This document shows positions 57,944-64,000 of a stretch of DNA of 64,000 nucleotides, piece by piece. The position numbers and the translations under genes are program-made. Position 1 is the first letter of the stretch. Every line of letters begins with the position of its first letter. Under the pieces are notes generated by a model. That model was given only the letters and a program-made list of their open reading frames with translations, did no database searches and was not told the origin of the DNA. The stretch is from positions 1 through 64,000 of the forward strand of contig JBGPIA010000016.1 in assembly GCA_041484665.1 (NCBI GenBank), given 5' to 3'. Origin of the DNA: Candidatus Krumholzibacteriia bacterium. Its GTDB lineage: Bacteria; Krumholzibacteriota; Krumholzibacteriia; JAJRXK01.

Positions 57944-59521
57944 GTGACCCGGCCCTCCGCTCGATCCGGCCGGTTTGCCGCTGTGGTGGCCGCAGGCATC
58001 CTCTTGAGCCGCCTGGCCGGGCTCGTGCGTGAGCGGATCTTCTCCCACTACTTCGGGCTCTCCGACGCCGGCGACGTCTTCAAGGCGGCCTTCAAGATCC
58101 CCAACCTCCTGCAGAATCTCTTCGGCGAAGGGGTGCTCTCCGCTTCGTTCATCCCGGTCTACGCGCGGCTCCTCGCGGAAGGCGACGAACAGGAGGCCGA
58201 TCGCACCGCCGGTGCGGTCTTCTCCCTGCTCGCCCTGGTCGTCGCAGTCCTCGTCCTGGTCGGCGTGCTCGCCGCGCCGTGGCTGGTCGACGCTGTCGCA
58301 CCGGGGTTTGCCGGGGAGAAGCGGGCGTTCCTGGTCCGGCTCGTAAAGATCGTGTTCCCAGGGACCGGGCTGCTCGTGATGTCGGCCTGGTGTCTCGGCG
58401 TCCTGAACAGCCACCGGCGGTTCTTTCTCTCCTACTCCGCACCACTGGCCTGGAACGCGGTGATGATCGGCTCGCTGCTGGCTCTCGGCGGCCGCGCCGG
58501 GCAATATCGGCTCGCCGAGCTGACGGCCTGGGCGTCGGTGGGCGGGAGCGCGTTGCAGTTCCTCGTGCAGCTCCCGGTGGTCCTGCGCCTGGCCCCGGGT
58601 CTGCGGCTCGGGCTGGGGCTGCGGTCGCCGCACGTGCGGCAGGTCGTGAGCAGCCTCGGCCCCGTCCTCCTGAGCCGTGGCAGCGTGCAGGTGAGCGCCT
58701 ACATCGACAACCTGCTCGCCAGCTTTCTCTCCACCGGGGCCGTGACTGCGCTCTACAACGCGCAGACGATCTACCTACTCCCCGTGAGCCTCTTTGGCAT
58801 GTCGGTCTCGGCCGCGGAGCTGCCCTTCATGTCCGGTACGACCGGAGAGGCGAAGGAAGTGAACGCCGCGCTGCGGGAGCGCCTGAACGTGGGCCTGCGG
58901 CGTATCGCGTTCTTCGTCGTCCCCTCCGCCATGGCCTTTCTCGCTCTGGGCGACGTCGTCACTGGGGTGATCTACCAGACCGGCCGCTTCGGTCGCGCCG
59001 ACTCGGTGTACGTCTGGGCGATTCTGGCGGGAGCCGCCATCGGCCTGCTCGCCACCACCGCAGGGCGCCTGTACGCCTCGACCTTCTACGCGCTGCGCGA
59101 CACGCGCACGCCGCTGCGTTGTGCCGTCGTACGCGTGATCCTCACGACGGGATTCGGGTACTTGATGGCCTTCCCCCTGCCGGACCTGCTGGGAATCGGG
59201 CAGCGTTGGGGCGTGGCCGGCCTCACCACATCCGCCGGCATCGCCGGGTGGGTCGAGTTCTTGCTGCTTCGTCGCGCGCTGAACCGGCGCATCGGGCCGA
59301 CGGGATTGCCCGGCCGCCTGCTTGCCCGGCTCTGGGTGGCCGCGGCTTGCGCCGCCGCCATCGCCTGGGGCGTGAAGCCCGGTATGCCGGCGCAACGACC
59401 GCTGTTCGCAGGGCTCTGCGTGCTCGCGCTGTATGGTGTCGCGCACTTGAGCCTGACCTGGATCCTGCGGGTGGAGGAGGCGCGATCGCTCGTGGCGCGG
59501 ATCGTGCGGCGACGTGCTTGA
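57944..59521 (+). CDS. murJ: Lipid II flippase MurJ (MviN)
   Basis: SRLAGLVRE, AFKIPNLLQNLFGEGVLSASFIPVY, LYNAQTIYLLPVSLFG, FYALRDTRTP. Confidence 0.93.
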   Translation: MTRPSARSGRFAAVVAAGILLSRLAGLVRERIFSHYFGLSDAGDVFKAAFKIPNLLQNLFGEGVLSASFIPVYARLLAEGDEQEADRTAGAVFSLLALVVAVLVLVGVLAAPWLVDAVAPGFAGEKRAFLVRLVKIVFPGTGLLVMSAWCLGVLNSHRRFFLSYSAPLAWNAVMIGSLLALGGRAGQYRLAELTAWASVGGSALQFLVQLPVVLRLAPGLRLGLGLRSPHVRQVVSSLGPVLLSRGSVQVSAYIDNLLASFLSTGAVTALYNAQTIYLLPVSLFGMSVSAAELPFMSGTTGEAKEVNAALRERLNVGLRRIAFFVVPSAMAFLALGDVVTGVIYQTGRFGRADSVYVWAILAGAAIGLLATTAGRLYASTFYALRDTRTPLRCAVVRVILTTGFGYLMAFPLPDLLGIGQRWGVAGLTTSAGIAGWVEFLLLRRALNRRIGPTGLPGRLLARLWVAAACAAAIAWGVKPGMPAQRPLFAGLCVLALYGVAHLSLTWILRVEEARSLVARIVRRRA

Positions 59522-59754
59522 GAGTGGATCGAATCCGGGAGGGTGACGCGGGCGGACGCGCTCGCAGCGCCGGTGGCACGAATGGAACCCCGCCGCTGCC
59601 GTGACAACGGCCGGGAGGCGCGCCGTTTTCAGGCAGGACAGCGAGCGGCCACCTGGCTGGTGCTCAAGCAGCGAGCGTGCATGGAATGTGCGGGGTCACG
59701 GCGCGCGTGCCTTGCGGCGCGCCGCCTCATCCGGTCCGGTCCAGGAGGAGAACC

Positions 59755-59925
59755 CTAGGGTTGCCCGAAGATGTCGTACGTGCTCGAGGGCCCGCTCTTG
59801 CTGTTCGGAGGCCCGAAATTCGTGAACAGAGTCACGTCCTTCAGGTTCTCATGACGGCGCACGACCGGCGGCTCGTAGCGACGCTTCGGCGGTTGCCCTG
59901 GGGTCTGCGCAACGTTGCTCTCCAT
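59755..59925 (-). CDS. Small RiPP-type precursor peptide with lasso-like (RRE-binding) leader
   Basis: MESNVAQTPGQPPKRRYEPPVVRRHENLKDVT-LFTNFGPPNSKSGPSSTYDIFGQP: KRRYxxPxV...L..VT leader, AAGG before ATG, extended -10 (TGA-TACACT) upstream. Confidence 0.72.
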   Translation of the reverse strand: MESNVAQTPGQPPKRRYEPPVVRRHENLKDVTLFTNFGPPNSKSGPSSTYDIFGQP

Positions 59926-60445
59926 AAGGTGCCTTGTCGATTGCCCCCAGAACCCGAGAAGCACAGTGTGTCGCCCATTGAGTGTATCACGACTTCACAT
60001 TGCAAGCAGGGCCACGAGCGGGATCGCGGGCGATCGTGTGGTGGAATCCGCGGTCCGGCTCCATCCGCGCGCCGCGCGCGATACAATCGCACCGTTTGAG
60101 GACCACTCGACGACACCGGGAACGACCCTCCACCAACGGGAGCCGCTGGTAAGCGGCGGGCACGGCGCGCCCCCCGCTGCGCCGCACGCTGTCCGATCGT
60201 CCCCTGCCGCGCGCCCGGCCGCCGCACCGTCAGGTCCTTCGTGCAGTCCACCGCGCACTCGCGGCACTTCTCTGTAGACCTGCTGGACGAGGGCCCCGGG
60301 GCCTCCGCAGCCGAGCTCATCGCAAGGCGCAAGCGCCGGCTCCGCGTCTCTTGGAGTCTTCGCCGAACCTTTCGGCTGCGCCGCCGTAGTGGACCTGGCC
60401 ACTGATTCGTCCCACAGCACATCAGCCTTCAGGAGACAGAGCCCC

Positions 60446-61621
60446 ATGGATGCGGACGATTTCCGGCCCGCGTTCGGCTTGGCGAGGAAGCCGCGCACAA
60501 CTGTCCTTGCCATGATCGCAATCGCTGCTCTTCTAGCCAGCTCCGCCGCGTCGGCACAGGTGCAACCGCAGGCCACCTCCGATGTGAAAATGCTCATCGA
60601 AGACGGCCGCAAGCAACTCCGCGAAGCCCACGCAGCGGGGACGGAAGCGGCCTACCAGGCGGCGGAAGACACCTTCGATCGCGCCGTGGCGCTCGACCTG
60701 AAGAACGGCCTTCCGCTCGCCTATCGCGGCGCTGCCAAGCTCGAGCGCTCGGGCTGGCTGGCGGCGAAGGGGAACTTCGACGCCTCCGGGACGTTGCTCG
60801 AACAAGCCAGCGCGGATCTGGACCGCGCGGTTGCGCTCAGCCCGGACGATCTGAGCGTCCGCCTGCTGCGCGGCACGAGCTACGCGGAATTCCCTCCCTT
60901 TCTCAAGAAGGGCCCGCTCGCGAGGGAGGATTTCGATGCGGCGGTACGGCATCCGCAATTCGCTGCGCAGAGCGCCGAAGCCCGCGCGCGCGTCTATCTC
61001 ATCTCCGGCAAGCTCTTCGCCGCCGCAGGAGAGTCCGACAAAGCGAAGGAGGCGTGGAGCAGCGCGGTCGCGGCCGGCCCACAGACGACTGCGGGAGCAG
61101 CGGCGCAGCAGGAGCTGAAGAAACTCGAGCTTCCAGCGCAGGCAGCCGACTCGCAGGGGCGCCGCCGTGAGGACCGTTTCCCACAGATCAGCGAAGAAAC
61201 GACCCCGGTGATCGTCGCCGCCAGCGTGACGCTCCCGGGGCATGTGTTCTCCGACGATCCGAGCACCTGGCATCCCAAGATGCGCGAATTCCTCGACCAC
61301 CTGAAGCTCCAGCCCGGTTTGCTCGCCATGCACCGCCTGGCGAGTCTCGACCATCCTGGAATGCTGGTGATTCTCACCTGGTGGGAGAACAAGCGCGCGC
61401 TGAACAACTGGTTCTACAGCGACGTGCACCAGGGCATGATCGATTGGGTCTACGGCGGGCCCGGCGCAGCGAGTGGAAACGCTTTGGCCGGAGATTTAGG
61501 CGAGAGACAGATGAAAGAGGCGGGGCAGGTCGCGATGGAGATCTTCACGACGCTGCCCGGCGGAATCCAGTATGGCGGCGGCCTGGGCCCCAAGTTGCCG
61601 GAACGCCCGCGCTCGCGGTAG
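60446..61621 (+). CDS. Exported TPR-like protein fused to an ABM/DUF4188-like monooxygenase domain
   Basis: AGGAG RBS, hydrophobic signal, helical repeats, then QPGLL...LVILTWWENKRALNNWFYSDVHQ. Confidence 0.72.
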   Translation: MDADDFRPAFGLARKPRTTVLAMIAIAALLASSAASAQVQPQATSDVKMLIEDGRKQLREAHAAGTEAAYQAAEDTFDRAVALDLKNGLPLAYRGAAKLERSGWLAAKGNFDASGTLLEQASADLDRAVALSPDDLSVRLLRGTSYAEFPPFLKKGPLAREDFDAAVRHPQFAAQSAEARARVYLISGKLFAAAGESDKAKEAWSSAVAAGPQTTAGAAAQQELKKLELPAQAADSQGRRREDRFPQISEETTPVIVAASVTLPGHVFSDDPSTWHPKMREFLDHLKLQPGLLAMHRLASLDHPGMLVILTWWENKRALNNWFYSDVHQGMIDWVYGGPGAASGNALAGDLGERQMKEAGQVAMEIFTTLPGGIQYGGGLGPKLPERPRSR

Positions 61622-61725
61622 ACCGCGCATCCTGCGGGTCGAGCGCCGCCGGGACAAGCATCTCGCGCGCGGCTGCGGCCAGGCAGTACCATCACAGCCC
61701 CGACCCTTCTCGTCAGGAGACCCTC

Positions 61726-63069
61726 ATGGGCGCAAGACTCCTGCCTGCCCCCGTGGCCCTGTTGCTCGGCGTGCTCTGCACGACGGCTACCTCCACGGCC
61801 TGGGCCGACTCCATCGACATCCCCGCCGCGCGCGAGTGCTTCCGTGCCGCGCAGAGCGCCTGCTCCCGCGACGCCGGCCAGCTCTGGGGAGTTTCGCTGT
61901 GTGGGCCCATCCTGCTCGTCGACCCGCAAACCCGCGCCCTGGTGGCGAACCAGGCCGACGCACAAGGGCATCTTACGGCGCGGGACAGCGTGTTCGTGGG
62001 CAACCTCCCCAAGGAGGAGGTCATCGCGAACACCGCAGTCACCTGGGCCGGCGTGAAGTGGACGATGGTGATGTGGCCGCTGCCCGACCGGCCGGCTGCA
62101 CGGCTGCGCCTGGTGATGCACGAGCTCTTCCACCGCGTTCAGGACGATCTCGGGCTGCCCGCGACGAGCCCGCCGAACCCGCACCTGGACAGCCACGACG
62201 GGCGGCTCTGGCTGCAGTTGGAGTGGAGGGCATTGCGTGCCGCGCTCGCGGCCTCGGGCGATGCCCGCAGCCACGCGGTCTCCGACGCGCTGCTGTTCCG
62301 CGCCTGCCGTCGCGCCAGCTTCCCAGATGCGGCCGCGTCCGAGCGCGCCCTGGAGATGAACGAGGGGCTCGCGGAGTACACCGGGGCGCGCCTGGCCGCA
62401 GCATCCGATGCGGCGCTGGGCGAGGCGGCTGCGCGCGGGGTCGAGCGCGCCGCCGAGCGGCCGAGCTTCGTGCGCTCGTTTGCCTATGTCTCCGGCCCGC
62501 TCTATGGCGCGCTGCTGGACGCGGTGCGGGCCCGTTGGCGCGCGGATCTCACCCCGCAGAAGGATCTCGGGGAATTACTAGGCGCTGCACTGGGGATCGC
62601 GCCTCTGCCAGCGAGGTCTGCTGCCGATCTGGTGGCGCTGGCGACGCCGCGGGCCGCCGCCTACGCTGGCGACGCCCTCAAGACCGCCGAGGATGCGCGC
62701 GAGAAGGACCGGCAGCGGCGCATCGCCGCCTATCGCGCCCGACTGATCGATGGGCCCGTGCTGGTGGTTCCGATGGGCAAGACTACGCGCTCTGGTTTCG
62801 ACCCCAACAACGTCATTCCCCTGGAGAAGATGGGCACGATCTACCCGACGTACGATCTGAGCGATGAGTGGGGCGTCCTGGAGGTTAAGGACGGTGCGCT
62901 GACGCTGGGCGACTTTGGCAAGGATGCGCGCGCCCAGGTGGCTGCCCCCGCCGACCCGCAGGCGCGTCCGCTCCAGGGACCGGGGTGGAAGCTGCAGCTC
63001 GCTCCCGGCTGGACGGTCGTGCCAGGGCCGCGCGCCGGGGATTTCCAGCTGGCGAAGAAGAGCGGATAA
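61726..63069 (+). CDS. Exported hypothetical protein with HExxH motif (possible metallopeptidase)
   Basis: Signal peptide, LWGVSLCGP, MHELFHRVQ, NEGLAEYTG, RSFAYVSGP; AGGAG RBS. Confidence 0.78.
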   Translation: MGARLLPAPVALLLGVLCTTATSTAWADSIDIPAARECFRAAQSACSRDAGQLWGVSLCGPILLVDPQTRALVANQADAQGHLTARDSVFVGNLPKEEVIANTAVTWAGVKWTMVMWPLPDRPAARLRLVMHELFHRVQDDLGLPATSPPNPHLDSHDGRLWLQLEWRALRAALAASGDARSHAVSDALLFRACRRASFPDAAASERALEMNEGLAEYTGARLAAASDAALGEAAARGVERAAERPSFVRSFAYVSGPLYGALLDAVRARWRADLTPQKDLGELLGAALGIAPLPARSAADLVALATPRAAAYAGDALKTAEDAREKDRQRRIAAYRARLIDGPVLVVPMGKTTRSGFDPNNVIPLEKMGTIYPTYDLSDEWGVLEVKDGALTLGDFGKDARAQVAAPADPQARPLQGPGWKLQLAPGWTVVPGPRAGDFQLAKKSG

Positions 63070-63124
63070 GCCTGCTCCCTGGACGATGCATCCTGCGCCA
63101 GCTGGCCGCCTGGCTGGCGCGCCG

Positions 63125-64000
63125 CTAGTCGACTCCCTGCGGCGCCTCCTCTGTTCCCGCGTCCTGCTCCCAGAAGAACTTCATCCGCGCTCGCGGGTGG
63201 TTGCCAACCTCGTCCATGCTCATCGCGTCGAAGGCGCGGCCATTGGCGACTGTCCAGCGTATGCTCTCCGAGTTGCGGATATCCTCCAGCGGGTTCTTGT
63301 CCAGCACCAGGAAGTCGGCGATCTTGCCCTGCTCCAGCGAGCCGATGTCGCCGCTCATGCCCAGGTAGCGCGCGCCGGCCAGGGTCGAGGAGCGGATGGC
63401 CTCCAGCGGGGTCATGCCGCCCTGTTGGAACATCCACATCTCCCAGTGCGCACCCAGACCCTCGCGTTGCCCGTGGGCGCCCAGTTGCACGCTGACGCCG
63501 CTATCAAGCAGTTTCTTCGCCCCTTGGGCGTTCTTGAGGTAGCCGTATTCGTCCTCAGGCGCGCTGAAAGAGCGGCGTGACCGCTCATCGATGATCTGGC
63601 GCGGCACGAAATTGCCCAGGCGCTCGTCCTCCCATACGTGTGTGTGCGCGTACCAGTAGTTCTCGCCCCAGATGCTCCCGTAGCCCACGATCAAGGTTGG
63701 TGTGTAGCCTACCTTGCTCTGGCTCCACAGCTGGACGACGTCGGCGTACAGCGGCGCTACCGGGATGGAGTGCTCGACGCCGGTGTGGCCGTCCACCACC
63801 ATCGTCATGTTGTGCTCCCACAGGGAGCCGCCCTCCGGCACCACCATCATGCCCAGCGAGCGTGCCGCCGCCAGCACCTGCTGGCGCTGATCGCGTCGTG
63901 GCTGGTTGTAGCTCTTCACGCTGATCGCGCCCACCGCCTGCATCCGCCGCACGTGCATGATGGCGTCGCTGAGGCTGTCTACTTCGGCTTTGAAATCGCC
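63125..64000 (-). CDS. Amidohydrolase family protein (3' part; start lies outside the window)
   Basis: KSYNQPRR, EHSIP, GAHGQREG, GMTPLEAI..ST..GA..LG....GSLEQGKIADF.VLD.NPL. Confidence 0.88.
   Translation of the reverse strand, partial: GDFKAEVDSLSDAIMHVRRMQAVGAISVKSYNQPRRDQRQQVLAAARSLGMMVVPEGGSLWEHNMTMVVDGHTGVEHSIPVAPLYADVVQLWSQSKVGYTPTLIVGYGSIWGENYWYAHTHVWEDERLGNFVPRQIIDERSRRSFSAPEDEYGYLKNAQGAKKLLDSGVSVQLGAHGQREGLGAHWEMWMFQQGGMTPLEAIRSSTLAGARYLGMSGDIGSLEQGKIADFLVLDKNPLEDIRNSESIRWTVANGRAFDAMSMDEVGNHPRARMKFFWEQDAGTEEAPQGVD

Noticed and set aside
59755..59925. Canonical lasso peptide cluster
   Set aside because: No Asp/Glu at core positions 7-9 and no cyclase, peptidase or RRE gene nearby.
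1..64000. CRISPR array, retron, DGR, group II intron or riboswitch
   Set aside because: I saw no regularly spaced repeats, reverse transcriptase motifs or recognisable riboswitch consensus by eye; an Rfam/Infernal scan would be needed to exclude structured RNAs.

Overview
A GC-rich bacterial window. Many secreted proteins end in a FlgD-Ig/T9SS-like 'PNPFNP...YDxxGRxV...WDG' domain and one ends in 'SWGxxK', which suggests the FCB-related Eisenbacteria/Krumholzibacteria/Latescibacteria lineage (inference only). It holds about 40 mostly accessory genes: secreted hydrolases and adhesin-like proteins, TPR proteins, Ser/Thr kinases, two divergent ECF sigma factors, PadR/MarR regulators, sthA, murJ, and a PLP-enzyme/CDP-alcohol phosphotransferase/cytidylyltransferase operon. 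There are at least seven gene remnants, including a decayed IS481 transposase. The strongest hidden signal is a MerB-like organometallic lyase (20620-21282) that the ORF track splits in two. An in-frame UGA sits at the position of MerB's second catalytic Cys and is followed directly by a SECIS-like hairpin, so it is very likely a selenoprotein. Other notable items are an orphan RiPP-type precursor with a lasso-like leader (59755-59925), a degenerate tRNA-Asn 3' fragment with arm-like repeats (likely att site, ~1276-1326), an anti-sigma-like/triple-VOC fusion coupled to an ECF sigma, and a 4Fe-4S/HEAT/cNMP membrane protein coupled to sthA. I saw no CRISPR array, rRNA or intact tRNA. All family calls come from motif recognition by eye, not database searches.
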